Positions 29,373 through 40,079 are shown, counted from the first letter of the stretch. The stretch: DNA of 64,000 bases from Promethearchaeota archaeon (GCA_019894975.1 JAGXNO010000004.1:61721-125720); one strand, 5' to 3'. Notes: generated by a model from the letters alone, not told the origin. Translations and numbers: made by a program.

Positions 29373-30125
29373 ATGGAATTAGTTGATGTATTACAAGGCA
29401 GTTTTTCTCTAATATTTGTCATTATATCTTTAATCATCGGTTTAACGATCTTTTCTAAATTTTTTGAACATAAAAACAGACTATTTGTTTTAGTTGGCCT
29501 CTCATGGATTGGTATTTGCATACCCTGGGTCCCTGATTCAACGAGTTTCATAATGAACCTATTCGTCCAACGGTTCCTACACGTAGGATGGTATTTTATA
29601 ATCGGTAATGTCTTTCTCCCCATCGCTCTTTTAACTTGGTTAATAGCTTACACAGATATGATTAAAAAAAAAGCACAAAAGAAGGTAGTGCTGATTACGG
29701 TCATTCTTTCAATTCTGTTTGAAATCATGTTCTTTGCCTTATTTTTAATTGACCTAGATTTGATTGGAGTAATCAATCCAAGCAGACCGTTTACTGTAGA
29801 TTTCGGTATATTCATAACGGTTTACTTGTTGTTAATTATCTTAGTAATGGTGGTAACCGGTGTGATATTTGCTCAAAAATCAGTTAAGTCAGGAGATCGA
29901 GAAGTAAGAGTAAAAGGAAAATTACTCCGTGCTGCATTTATTACTTTTGCAATAGCCGCTATATTAGACTCTCTCCTTGGAACTATTTTTGAGGACCCTA
30001 CTGACCCGTTATTAGCAGTAATGGTGGTCGTCGTCCGAATATTATTAATATTCAGCGCATTAGAATTTTATGGTGGTTTTCTTTTGCCTCGGTGGATGAA
30101 AGAGATTTTTATCAGAAATGAATAA
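29373..30125 (+). CDS. Seven-TM membrane protein
   Basis: Seven hydrophobic segments; no catalytic motif recognised. Confidence 0.7.
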   Translation: MELVDVLQGSFSLIFVIISLIIGLTIFSKFFEHKNRLFVLVGLSWIGICIPWVPDSTSFIMNLFVQRFLHVGWYFIIGNVFLPIALLTWLIAYTDMIKKKAQKKVVLITVILSILFEIMFFALFLIDLDLIGVINPSRPFTVDFGIFITVYLLLIILVMVVTGVIFAQKSVKSGDREVRVKGKLLRAAFITFAIAAILDSLLGTIFEDPTDPLLAVMVVVVRILLIFSALEFYGGFLLPRWMKEIFIRNE

Positions 30126-30203
30126 TCAGATTTCTTTTTTTTATTACTTTATTCACAATTCTTTTTATAACTAAAAACCCTTATTTTTATAAGAAATACC
30201 AAA

Positions 30204-30746
30204 TTGTCTAATAATAGGAAAATGGATGAATACTCAGATTCAGATTGGAACTGGGATTTCTATGAGGAACTTGTAGATGATGTTGAAGATAACAAAAACA
30301 TTATCCAGTGTATATCGTGTGGAAAGTGTGTAGGAGATTGTCCCGCTGCGAAGGTATCCAATTTTAATATAAGAAAAATTATCGGAAAAGTGTTACGTGG
30401 AGATAAAAGCGTCTTAAAAGATTCTGATATTTGGTTTTGTTACCTCTGTGAACGTTGCAAAAGAGTTTGCCCGAAAGACAATATTAATATTCCATTGCTC
30501 ATCATTAACTTACGGAATGAAAGTTTTAAAAAAGGCTTTGGCCCACGTTATAATGATTTGAGAAAGTATGTTGAAATGTCAGAGCGTTTTTTGACTTCAG
30601 GAGTCGTAGTTGAGGAACCCTTAGGAGAACCTCTTTTAAAAGAAAGGATTGAAGAATTAAATGAAATTTGTAACTTTGCTCGGATACAGTATGTATTTGC
30701 AAGTTCTACCAATAAAACTAAAAAAAAGAAGATAAAAAAGACTTAG
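30204..30746 (+). CDS. hdrC: Heterodisulfide reductase subunit C-like 4Fe-4S protein
   Basis: CISCGKCVGDCP and WFCYLCERCKRVCP. Confidence 0.8.
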   Translation: MSNNRKMDEYSDSDWNWDFYEELVDDVEDNKNIIQCISCGKCVGDCPAAKVSNFNIRKIIGKVLRGDKSVLKDSDIWFCYLCERCKRVCPKDNINIPLLIINLRNESFKKGFGPRYNDLRKYVEMSERFLTSGVVVEEPLGEPLLKERIEELNEICNFARIQYVFASSTNKTKKKKIKKT

Positions 30747-30747
30747 T

Positions 30748-31767
30748 TTGACAAACATGATTAAAAGCAATCTATCTTTAGATTTAGAAGAAATAGCGAG
30801 GACTCATTCAGATAGTCCCTTGGAATTTTTCACGGATAAGAAACTCTGTCTATTCAAAGCTTGCCTAGAATCTTATTTCCCCGGTGTAAGATTTGGCATC
30901 CAAGATTTACTCGAAGAGCTCAATTTGAAGGTGAGTGAGTGTAGCAACCAATCTTGTTGCAGTGGAACGTTCTTCCAAAGAAACCTGATGACACGAGCTC
31001 AATTTGCTGCCATAAATGAAAGAAATATCTATGAACTTAACCAGCAGGCTGATGTTGTATTTTTTAGTTGTAACGGTTGTTATAACTCCCTGATGAGAGG
31101 ACGCGAATTTCTAAAAACTCAAGAGGTAACTGAAAAGACTAATGAAATATTAAATAGATTAAAGAAAAAAGTAGGAAATAATAATCCAGAAAAATATAAA
31201 ATCTTAGAAAATCCACATGTTCGGTTTATTCATGATTTAGATTTCTTCCATTTAATTAGAAATGATGTACTAAACTCATTAAAATTTGATTTAAAAAATC
31301 TCAAGGTAGCTGTTCATTACGGATGCCATTACCTTAATCTATCAAGAGATAAACGAACGGTTGAACCCTATTTAAAAGATAAAACTAAGCTCGATAATTT
31401 AATAAAACTTTTTGGCGGTATCCCTGTAGATTATCAAGAAAAAGAGAGCTGTTGCGGTTGGGGTGCGTCACAAGTTTTAATCAATCCTAAAGAAGCCTTA
31501 AAAATAACTTTTAATAAACTAGCTAGTGCAGAAGCTGTGGGTGCTGATTTTTTGGTAACCCCATGTCCTACCTGTTTATACACATTAAGCAAACCTGAAT
31601 ATAGAGAAAAGATGCACAAATGGTATGGGAAAAAATTGGATATCCCTACAATTCACCTAAATGAATTAATCGCCATCCTAAGAGGATGTGAAGAAGAACG
31701 ATGCATTACCCTTCGTAGGAAAACTCCTCGTCTTGAAGAGATTTTTGAAATAATCACTCAAGAATGA
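30748..31767 (+). CDS. hdrB: Heterodisulfide reductase subunit B-like (CCG domains)
   Basis: SCCSG, CNGC, VAVHYGCH, SCCGWG, TPCPTC. Confidence 0.85.
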   Translation: MTNMIKSNLSLDLEEIARTHSDSPLEFFTDKKLCLFKACLESYFPGVRFGIQDLLEELNLKVSECSNQSCCSGTFFQRNLMTRAQFAAINERNIYELNQQADVVFFSCNGCYNSLMRGREFLKTQEVTEKTNEILNRLKKKVGNNNPEKYKILENPHVRFIHDLDFFHLIRNDVLNSLKFDLKNLKVAVHYGCHYLNLSRDKRTVEPYLKDKTKLDNLIKLFGGIPVDYQEKESCCGWGASQVLINPKEALKITFNKLASAEAVGADFLVTPCPTCLYTLSKPEYREKMHKWYGKKLDIPTIHLNELIAILRGCEEERCITLRRKTPRLEEIFEIITQE

Positions 31768-31772
31768 AATAT

Positions 31773-32168
31773 TTACATTTCTTCAATAGCATACCTCGGA
31801 CATGAGTCTAAGCATAACAAACAACCAATACATTTTTCATATGAGAATTCTAATCTCTCATCCCCGTTGAAATGTAACGCATCAGTTGGACATAATGAAA
31901 TACAGCTTCCGCAATCTATACATTTTTCAATGTCCACTATTACCCGTCCCTTTTTATTTACGATTATATTGCTTTCAATAAGTGATTCCGTTATGGTTTT
32001 TACTTTTTCTTCAGGGATGTCCAACAACAAATTTATACCAGCTGAACCCGTCGAAAATTTTAAAATGTTAAATGTAATATCATGCTTTAATATGTCATTT
32101 ACAACTTTCGAATAATCATCGATATCTTTAACCAATCCAAAGGGGATAGATATATTTATAATCGTCAT
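31773..32168 (-). CDS. NIL-domain ferredoxin (MA1822-type partner of DUF39 enzyme)
   Basis: Two CxxCxxCxxxCP motifs; directly downstream of the DUF39-CBS gene. Confidence 0.8.
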   Translation of the reverse strand: MTIINISIPFGLVKDIDDYSKVVNDILKHDITFNILKFSTGSAGINLLLDIPEEKVKTITESLIESNIIVNKKGRVIVDIEKCIDCGSCISLCPTDALHFNGDERLEFSYEKCIGCLLCLDSCPRYAIEEM

Positions 32169-32171
32169 TTT

Positions 32172-33644
32172 TTACATCAACTCCTCCGAAGTTATTATTC
32201 CGACTACTTTTTGGTTCTCATCGATAACGGGTAAAGCAGAAATGTTATTTTGTTTCATTTTTCTTGCTGCATTTCCGATTGGCTCATCATTAAATGTAGT
32301 AACCACACGTTTAGTAACAATTGAATCTAAATCATTCTTTTCATTCGCAATTGCTTTAGTAATATCAAAACTTGTTACAATCCCCTTGAGTCTATTTTCT
32401 CTATCAGTGATTACAATATGGTTAATATTTTCTTTAATTATTTTTTGGGCAACTACTTTAATATCACAATCCTCATAACAAATTTCTGCTTTTTTCTTCA
32501 AGTCCTTTACAAATTTTAATTTTATTATTTGTTTCATTGGTTTAAAGACCGTATCTGTTGGGAGTGTTTCGGCAGGAGGATTTAAATAGAATTTTCCCTT
32601 TTGAATCCATTCTTTAAGAGTGTTTGCAATTTTACGAGCATGATAAAATGAAGATAATGATGAACATTTTACTTTTTTACCATCCAATTCTATATACTCA
32701 CTTTTTAATTCTTTATAGTTAATTCGTCTCGGTTTTGGACGATCTCTCCTTGGTATTCCATAATCTACGATATCCGTTATAAGTTCCTCATCACTAATTG
32801 CAGTTTTTTTTGCTAGACCTTCGTTTAAAATAGGGATTGGTATCCCAAGACCTACAAATAAAGATGTGCCATAATTCTCATAAGTTACACCTCGTAAATA
32901 TTCGGCACTCATTTGTTTTAAATCACCCTTAACAAACAGAGTTCCAAATTGATTAGTTGGGCTATGTTGAGTACCCTCGCCAATTACATATCCAATTCCC
33001 CCACCTAAGAATATTCTAGTTCCAATACCTATAGTTTCGTAGTCAGGATCGTTACTTAATGGACTTAAGCATCCTGCCCCAGCATAATGAGCATTTCCAT
33101 AATGAGGTAATAATTTGCCCATATAAGTATATAGTGTTTTATCAGAGCTATTCACAGCACAAACATACCTTTGATATGCATTTCGCGGATTACATAAAAT
33201 TGCCTGATTAATTTCGTCTATAGTAAATTCTGTATCCACTTCTGCAAGAGGATAACAATCTGTGGTATAAGAATTACCTCTTAATCGTATTGGCTTTCCC
33301 GCAACAAGGTCTTCAATCACATGAGCACCGCCGTATTCAAAACGCTTTACATCTGATAGTTTAGTGCAACCAATATAACAATCAACTGCAGCATTACCAT
33401 GATATGCATTTACATCATTCAACCACAATTGTTCAAACTTTATCGGAGGATCAGAGTGCCCAAAATTCAAAAAAGCGCCACTAGAACACATTGGACCGAA
33501 CGTTCCAGTTGTTACAACATCAATCTCTTTAGCGGCTACCTTGACTCCATTATCGTTTACATATTTAACCATTTCTTCCGCAGTTAATACTACGGCATCA
33601 CCATTTTTAATTTTTTCATTAATTTCTGCATAAGTTTTAGTCAA
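32172..33644 (-). CDS. L-aspartate semialdehyde sulfurtransferase (DUF39 plus CBS; MA1821-type homocysteine biosynthesis)
   Basis: VDVVTTGTFGPMCSSGA-like motif, NPRNAYQ, YTYMG, GIGTRIFLGG, GTQH, C-terminal CBS pair. Confidence 0.9.
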   Translation of the reverse strand: MTKTYAEINEKIKNGDAVVLTAEEMVKYVNDNGVKVAAKEIDVVTTGTFGPMCSSGAFLNFGHSDPPIKFEQLWLNDVNAYHGNAAVDCYIGCTKLSDVKRFEYGGAHVIEDLVAGKPIRLRGNSYTTDCYPLAEVDTEFTIDEINQAILCNPRNAYQRYVCAVNSSDKTLYTYMGKLLPHYGNAHYAGAGCLSPLSNDPDYETIGIGTRIFLGGGIGYVIGEGTQHSPTNQFGTLFVKGDLKQMSAEYLRGVTYENYGTSLFVGLGIPIPILNEGLAKKTAISDEELITDIVDYGIPRRDRPKPRRINYKELKSEYIELDGKKVKCSSLSSFYHARKIANTLKEWIQKGKFYLNPPAETLPTDTVFKPMKQIIKLKFVKDLKKKAEICYEDCDIKVVAQKIIKENINHIVITDRENRLKGIVTSFDITKAIANEKNDLDSIVTKRVVTTFNDEPIGNAARKMKQNNISALPVIDENQKVVGIITSEELM

Positions 33645-33920
33645 ATCATCACCTAATTTTTCCTATGATATGATTTATTTGAGGTTCATTAAATTGTATT
33701 TAATATGAATATCTCCAATATAAATATTCAACATGTCAATTATGCATGTACCGCATAGAATATATTAAAAATGTGTATTTCTGATCTTATCACAAATTTT
33801 GTAGAATTAAGCTCAATTATCAGTAGAAGTTCATATTGTAATTGATCCAAATTATTTCTTAGAATGGTTTATATTCTTGTTTTGTTTTCAATAATTACCT
33901 AAAGCGTATTAAAAGATATA

Positions 33921-34829
33921 ATGGCAGAAATTACACCTTCCATGGGACCATCTAAAAGAAGTATAATCGCAATAGTTTTGTTAATCTTGACTACAGTATT
34001 ATGGGGTACCTCTTTTATTATTACTAAAGACATCACCAAAGATGTCCCAATCTTTTTTTACATTGGCTTAAGATTCACAATCGCTCTTGTAGGATTCATA
34101 CCATTCTTCCCTCATTTAAAGCATCTTAATAAAAAAATTCTTCTAATGGGTTTAGGAACAGGGATGCTTTACTTTTTTGGGTTTGCGATTCAAACTATAG
34201 GACTTCAAACAACTACACCGGGAAAAACCGGTTTTATAACGGGATTGAGTGTTATTATTGTACCATTTATTGCATGGATTGGCTTTAAAAAACCTTTAAA
34301 CAAAAGAATTTGGGTTGCGGTTGTCTTATCCGTTGTAGGAATGGCTTTACTATTAATAGAGGGTGAATCAGGGATAATAATTGGTGATTTATTAGTCATA
34401 ATTTGCGCTTTTTTTTGGGCATTCTATATTATTTATAATGATAAATTCGTTCGGCTCGTAGATATCTATAGTTATTCAATAATCCAAATAGTAGTTATAT
34501 GCTGTACAGGTTTTATATTTTCATTCGTAATTCAAGAATCTTATGGTTCCTTATCATTTTCCCCTGCTTTTTGGTATGTAATGATATACATGGGGATTGT
34601 CGTAATGACGTTATCAATCTTATTTCAAAATTGGAGTCAACAGCATATATCTGCTACTCAGACAGCAATTATTTTCTCTTTAGAACCTGTGTTTGCGGTC
34701 TTATTTGACTTCCTTATTAGGGGCGTAATTTTATCCATATTTGGCTGGTTTGGGTGTTCTTTAATCTTTATAGCGATTATCATAACTGTCATTAAAAATA
34801 ATGATAATAATGAAAACATTATAGAATGA
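33921..34829 (+). CDS. DMT/EamA family transporter
   Basis: LWGTSF, 10 TM segments, SLEPVFA. Confidence 0.9.
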   Translation: MAEITPSMGPSKRSIIAIVLLILTTVLWGTSFIITKDITKDVPIFFYIGLRFTIALVGFIPFFPHLKHLNKKILLMGLGTGMLYFFGFAIQTIGLQTTTPGKTGFITGLSVIIVPFIAWIGFKKPLNKRIWVAVVLSVVGMALLLIEGESGIIIGDLLVIICAFFWAFYIIYNDKFVRLVDIYSYSIIQIVVICCTGFIFSFVIQESYGSLSFSPAFWYVMIYMGIVVMTLSILFQNWSQQHISATQTAIIFSLEPVFAVLFDFLIRGVILSIFGWFGCSLIFIAIIITVIKNNDNNENIIE

Positions 34830-34938
34830 TACGTCTTAGTTGTATAATTATTCCTAGAGTATTTTGAAAATTCAGTAAGGTTAAAAAACATTTTTGCTTC
34901 CTTTTATTTAAAAATCCAGAAAGTATCGTGTTGAAATT

Positions 34939-35493
34939 ATGGATGTTGATGATAACAATTTCATAAGGTTATTCGGTTTTAAAGTTACATTAGATGTTGC
35001 TGTTATTCTCTCCTTTGTAGCAGTAGCAGCATTACTTCATTGTATTTCATGGATTTATAATGTCATATTATTTCTATTAAATACTGAATTCTTCATACTG
35101 TTTGAATTTCCTGAATATTTTAAAGATTTTTTCATAGAATTAGGTTTGAATCTTTTCCTTTTAATTATTTGCATATATCTTTTGGTTAAAATGGTAAATT
35201 TACGAAAAACTAATCCTAATAATGAAAAAAATGAAAATACATGGTTTAGATTTAGCTTAACACTTACATCTATAACAGTACTCACAACTCTATCAGTAAT
35301 AGGTCTAATAGAAAGTTTATTACCTCTCTACCATAATACAGATCAACTTATAGAATACCTTGAGTTTACAAATGATCTTGACAATATATTTTACTTATAC
35401 TTGGTCGATGTAATTCAATACACAATTCTACTACTGTTTTATATCTATACCTTAATACGTTGCAATCAAATTCGTAGTAGTAGGACGTATTAA
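34939..35493 (+). CDS. Membrane protein with internal duplication (2 x 2 TM)
   Basis: FIRLFGFKVTL and WFRFSLTL repeats; four hydrophobic helices. Confidence 0.6.
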   Translation: MDVDDNNFIRLFGFKVTLDVAVILSFVAVAALLHCISWIYNVILFLLNTEFFILFEFPEYFKDFFIELGLNLFLLIICIYLLVKMVNLRKTNPNNEKNENTWFRFSLTLTSITVLTTLSVIGLIESLLPLYHNTDQLIEYLEFTNDLDNIFYLYLVDVIQYTILLLFYIYTLIRCNQIRSSRTY

Positions 35494-35717
35494 TCTTCAA
35501 ATCCTAATCTTTTGAATCTCTTTTTAATCACATATTATGAACTTTTTATGCTATTCTGCGAGGAAATCCAAAAATCTTTACTTAAACACATATTTAAATA
35601 ATTAAAGAGCTATTAATATCTAAATAAGGGTTGTTTTATCGGCAAATTTTATATTTAATAGGTAAAATGAATAATTGATTTTTTAACAAGAATAATCAGC
35701 TAATTGTGAACTGATAC

Positions 35718-35876
35718 GTGACCGTACATGACTTAAAACCAAAAGATCTAACTATATGCAATAAGTGCGGAAACGTAATGATCCCAAGAAAAATCCGTAC
35801 CAATAATTCTAACGAAATCGAATTTCAAAAAATCCTTCAGTGTATCGTTTGTCGTCACTGGATTTCCGCTGACTAA
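35718..35876 (+). CDS. Small zinc-ribbon protein, 52 aa (not in ORF track)
   Basis: GTG start; MTVHDLKPKDLTICNKCGNVMIPRKIRTNNSNEIEFQKILQCIVCRHWISAD with two CxxC. Confidence 0.7.
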   Translation: MTVHDLKPKDLTICNKCGNVMIPRKIRTNNSNEIEFQKILQCIVCRHWISAD

Positions 35877-36304
35877 TAGAATAAACGAGATTTAGTCTTT
35901 CTATTTCTAATAAAATATATGAGTTCGATAGAAAGAATATTCAAAACTTCTATAAAAGCAGGATAAAAACGAAAGTTTTATTGTAAATTAGCACACTCAA
36001 TTTGCTCTTTCTATCATGATAAATAAAGAAAAGGTAAGGGAAAGAGAAGTCCACGCCTTTTAAATAAAATCAGGGAGAGAATTAGACTCAAAGAGCCTAA
36101 TAGAGGGCGAAATCCAATGTTAAGCGTAGAATTCTGTAATAATAAAGATTCCCTTCCTGCATTAGAATAAGATTATTTACTTAAAAATGAACTGATTATA
36201 TTTTATATATGTTCTAGTATAACGTAATAAGAATTTGCACAAAAATATCTCATTTTTATAACAAAAATGTCAAAAAAAACTTCATTTGAATCTCACCCCG
36301 AACA

Positions 36305-37111
36305 TTAAACTAATAATTTATTAATTTGTATCTTTAAACCATCTTCCGCGCCAATTATCCTTTTTATGTTTGTCTTTTCCTGCAATTTTTTTACTTGGCT
36401 TGGAACAAAATTTCTCTTTGAACGTGGACCATCCATCATTGATCCAAAATGAGTAATGATTAAGCTATTTAGTGGTGGTTCAATACTATTTAGATATGGA
36501 ATTATCTCATCAGTACATGCATGTCTTTTACAAGTCACTGAATCAGGGCGTAAAAGATTTAAAATAAGGATGTTTATGCCTGAATATTGCTTAGCAAAGT
36601 CATCAAATACCATAGTATCGCTAGTATATGCAAGAGAATATTCTTTGAGTTTAAAAATTATGCCAAATCCTTCATTAACAGGTGAGTGGATAACCTTAGT
36701 TCCAATGATAGTTATATCTTTATAATTATACGTATCACCTGCCTTAAATCTCACGACTTTCTCAAGCATATTTAGATGATAATCTGAAATTAAACCGACT
36801 ACCTCTGGAGTCGTAAGTAGGATTCCTTTTTTATGATAATTGTAATTTTTGTCATGCAAGGTTTCCCTTGAGCTTTCGATTATGGCACTGATATCATTGT
36901 AATGATCTACATGTGCATGGGTTGTAATAAATAATTCTGTTTTAACGGGATCTTCCTCATATTGATTGAGTCGTACAATAGCTCCTGGTCCAGGGTCAAT
37001 ATGGGCTTGCACTCCGTTAATTTTCAATAAAAACCCGCCTGTTGCTCGATGTTGAGTTCGGATATGATGCCTTCCCCCACCAGACCCAAGAATAACCAGC
37101 TGATCCTTCAT
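36305..37111 (-). CDS. MBL-fold metallohydrolase (PhnP/RNase Z-like)
   Basis: LGSGGG, IDPGPG, THAHVDH, YTSDT, ITHFG. Confidence 0.85.
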   Translation of the reverse strand: MKDQLVILGSGGGRHHIRTQHRATGGFLLKINGVQAHIDPGPGAIVRLNQYEEDPVKTELFITTHAHVDHYNDISAIIESSRETLHDKNYNYHKKGILLTTPEVVGLISDYHLNMLEKVVRFKAGDTYNYKDITIIGTKVIHSPVNEGFGIIFKLKEYSLAYTSDTMVFDDFAKQYSGINILILNLLRPDSVTCKRHACTDEIIPYLNSIEPPLNSLIITHFGSMMDGPRSKRNFVPSQVKKLQEKTNIKRIIGAEDGLKIQINKLLV

Positions 37112-37137
37112 GATTACTTAAATTTTGTCTTTTAAAT

Positions 37138-37656
37138 TTAATATTTACTAACTTCAATCAATTTTCTTGTTAATATTTCAAATGGTTTTTCAATATTGTA
37201 TCCTGATTTAGCAGAAGTTTTAATAAATTCAATCATATTAAAGGTGTTCTTGATGTGAAGGGCGCTATCATCATCCACAGCCACTACATCTTCTAAATCA
37301 TTTTTGGATCCGACTAATATGATCGGTAAATTAATATCATGAAGTCTAGCTATATTTACCCATTCTAATAAATCTCCTATTTTTGGCATTTTTGTTAGAT
37401 CAAAAAGAAGCAATGCTCCCCTAGCACCCATTACATAATTCTCAAGAAGGTATCTGAATCTTTCTTGACCTCCTAAATCCCAAAGCTGTAAAGTGCAGCG
37501 CATATTATCAAAGTGAATCTCTTTGATGAAGAACTCAACACCAACAGTCATTATTGTGCTATCATCGAAAAAACCATCTACAAACCTTCTTAACAGAGAT
37601 GTTTTTCCAACACTTGCATTTCCAGTAATCAGGATTTTAAATAAGTAATTACGCAT
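37138..37656 (-). CDS. Rab-like small GTPase
   Basis: G1 GNASVGKTS, G2 TVGVEF, G3 WDLGGQERF, G4 SKND, G5 TSAK; no C-terminal prenylation motif. Confidence 0.92.
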   Translation of the reverse strand: MRNYLFKILITGNASVGKTSLLRRFVDGFFDDSTIMTVGVEFFIKEIHFDNMRCTLQLWDLGGQERFRYLLENYVMGARGALLLFDLTKMPKIGDLLEWVNIARLHDINLPIILVGSKNDLEDVVAVDDDSALHIKNTFNMIEFIKTSAKSGYNIEKPFEILTRKLIEVSKY

Positions 37657-37823
37657 TTGTTTTTTATGAAAAGTTATGAATAGCTATATGATATATAATA
37701 GAAATTAAAACATCTATTTATTTTAATACCTCTTAATTTACTACATTTCAATATTTAGTTTTTTATACATTCTCGTTAAGAAATTGGTGTTAAATTCAAA
37801 TTTAATTCTTGAATTTAGGGAAC

Positions 37824-40079
37824 TTATGGTTTAAATTCATTAATAACAAGGTTATCAATTTGGTTTAGAATCAATTTTAATTCTTGGTTTAAAATATTTT
37901 GAATCTTATATTTTGAGAAGTTGTTCTCATTCTTTTTCAGAGTTTTTTTAACAAGAGATGTTACAATATCTTGACCCTCTTTACCTAGATGTGCTAATTT
38001 TTGATGGTTTTGATTACCAATGTCATACTTTTTAATAGAAATATTAAAGGGAAGTTTAAATATGTGTCTTGAGCTTTTCATAATTTTAATTTGTTCTGTT
38101 AAAAGCTTTGAATTTAATACTGCTGATAAGTAGTAAGCCTCGTTAAGATTACTCGTATTGAAAAAGCTTAAATCCCCAGTAACTAAAAAGTCTCCTTGAA
38201 TCACAGCTGAGTTTACAATTGAACCAGAATTGTTATAGACAACCTTAATCTTTGACATTTGTCTAGAATTTATCAATTTTGACCAACGATTGAGGTTTTC
38301 CATTAAGGAATTATGAGTAGTAGTTACTTTTTTATATTTGAGATATATTTTATTAATTTTATCATAAAAAATTTTAGAATTTCTGTCTAAATTAGTATAA
38401 TCAAAGCTCAAATCATTTTTTGAGAGAGGTAAGAAAACTTTATAGTCATCATATACACAAAATTTAACTAATTCTGTACTTTTAACTACTTTAAATAAAT
38501 ATTTCTTTTCGATGATCTCATCTGCAAACTCCCTTTTATTCCAAGGGATTTTAGATTTTTTAAAAATGCGTTTATCAGGATTAATTTTTACTAGTGAATC
38601 ACTAATCTTTTGCTCTTTGACAAAAATCAAATTTCTAGGATTTAAATCAGCACCTTTATGGAAAAGGTCTTTGTAGTAACTTTCACCTAATGGTAACAAA
38701 TCACCCTTTCTCTCTTTTGAAATTAATTTATTTATATACACTTTCTTACCTTTTCTTTCAACTGAGAAGGGAACGAAAAGTTCTTCTTTTTTCAATTTTA
38801 AATAGGTTTTATTAGATTTATTTAGTTCATTATTATCATGAGCTAAAGTAAAATGATATGTTGGAACCTCATAAGGAGCATAAACTGTTAAATCTAATGA
38901 TTTTTGTGCATACAGGCATATGAAATCGATGTTAAATATTTTCTCGAGCTTTTTATCAAATAACCATATTTTTAGATCTGAAAAACCTTTAAAATTACGA
39001 AATCTTGAAGCGTGAGAACCAGTAATTACTCCTTTGGTTATAACAAAAAAGATTTTTGCCTTATTTTTCATATAGTCTTTATTTGCTTTATAAAAAAATA
39101 AAGTAGAGACTTCTAAATTCAATATATTTTTTGGACGAGGTTTAATTTCTAAATGTTCTGCAAGGTTTTTTAATGCTTCTTGATAGCTTTTAGATTCGAC
39201 ATCTCTGTAGGTGTACCATGGAGGATTTCCGATAATTAGATCAAATCTTGATTTTAGTTCGCTTTTTTCATGGAACAAGAAGTCAATAGTATACATATTA
39301 AATCTGACTTCAGAGATGATATCTTTTACTAAGAATAATACGTTAATTTTTGTTAAATAAACTGAGATTGAATTAATATCAAAACCCCAAACATTATTAA
39401 TCGCCTTTATTTTCTCTTTTTTATTGGTGTCACATGAAAGAATTTGTAATATAATACCAACTAGAAAATTTCCTGAACCACAGCAGGGATCCAGGACTCT
39501 TTCCCCAAATGAATAAGTTTGACTAACCATTTTATTTACCAAAAAAGGAGGAGTATAGTACTCTCCTGCTTTATGTCTGAAAATAGGAGAAATTATTTTT
39601 TGATATAAATAATCAAAAATAAACACGGGATTAATTTTTAAATCGAATAAATAAGAAGTAATATCTGAAATAACCTTACAAAAAAAAGTTAAATCTTTCT
39701 TCTCTGAAAGTAAGAAGATTGGAGTAAAATACTCAAAATCGAGGATATTATGCTTTTTATATGTGTTTTTTATACGCTCTTCTAATATTTTTAGCTTTTT
39801 TATAGAAAAGTCTTGTTTCAGCCAAGTGCTACTTTCATCAAGAATAAATCTAGAAATAAAAAGAATTCCAATAAAATATATTAATGTATGATGGATATAT
39901 AGGCGCAGATTTGTCTCATTATCGCTATATATTTTTTTAAATTCTTCTAACCATTCTTTAAAGTGACCATTGCTATGAATATTGTATTCAGTTAAGAGGT
40001 TTTCTAATTTTTTAATTTTATTATTGATGTAATGGATATCTAAATCACTTTTTACGTCAATTTTTAAGTTACTAACCAA
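37824..40079 (-). CDS. N6-adenine DNA methyltransferase with C-terminal TRD-like region (type IIG/Eco57I-like, apparently orphan)
   Basis: GEYYTP, LDPCCGSG (motif I), IGNPPW (motif IV). Confidence 0.85.
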   Translation of the reverse strand: MVSNLKIDVKSDLDIHYINNKIKKLENLLTEYNIHSNGHFKEWLEEFKKIYSDNETNLRLYIHHTLIYFIGILFISRFILDESSTWLKQDFSIKKLKILEERIKNTYKKHNILDFEYFTPIFLLSEKKDLTFFCKVISDITSYLFDLKINPVFIFDYLYQKIISPIFRHKAGEYYTPPFLVNKMVSQTYSFGERVLDPCCGSGNFLVGIILQILSCDTNKKEKIKAINNVWGFDINSISVYLTKINVLFLVKDIISEVRFNMYTIDFLFHEKSELKSRFDLIIGNPPWYTYRDVESKSYQEALKNLAEHLEIKPRPKNILNLEVSTLFFYKANKDYMKNKAKIFFVITKGVITGSHASRFRNFKGFSDLKIWLFDKKLEKIFNIDFICLYAQKSLDLTVYAPYEVPTYHFTLAHDNNELNKSNKTYLKLKKEELFVPFSVERKGKKVYINKLISKERKGDLLPLGESYYKDLFHKGADLNPRNLIFVKEQKISDSLVKINPDKRIFKKSKIPWNKREFADEIIEKKYLFKVVKSTELVKFCVYDDYKVFLPLSKNDLSFDYTNLDRNSKIFYDKINKIYLKYKKVTTTHNSLMENLNRWSKLINSRQMSKIKVVYNNSGSIVNSAVIQGDFLVTGDLSFFNTSNLNEAYYLSAVLNSKLLTEQIKIMKSSRHIFKLPFNISIKKYDIGNQNHQKLAHLGKEGQDIVTSLVKKTLKKNENNFSKYKIQNILNQELKLILNQIDNLVINEFKP

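Noticed and set aside
36032-36158. RNase P RNA, FMN/cobalamin riboswitch or hammerhead assignment
   Set aside because: Only fragmentary word matches (GAAGTCC, GGGCGAAATCC); conserved cores, order and length do not fit.
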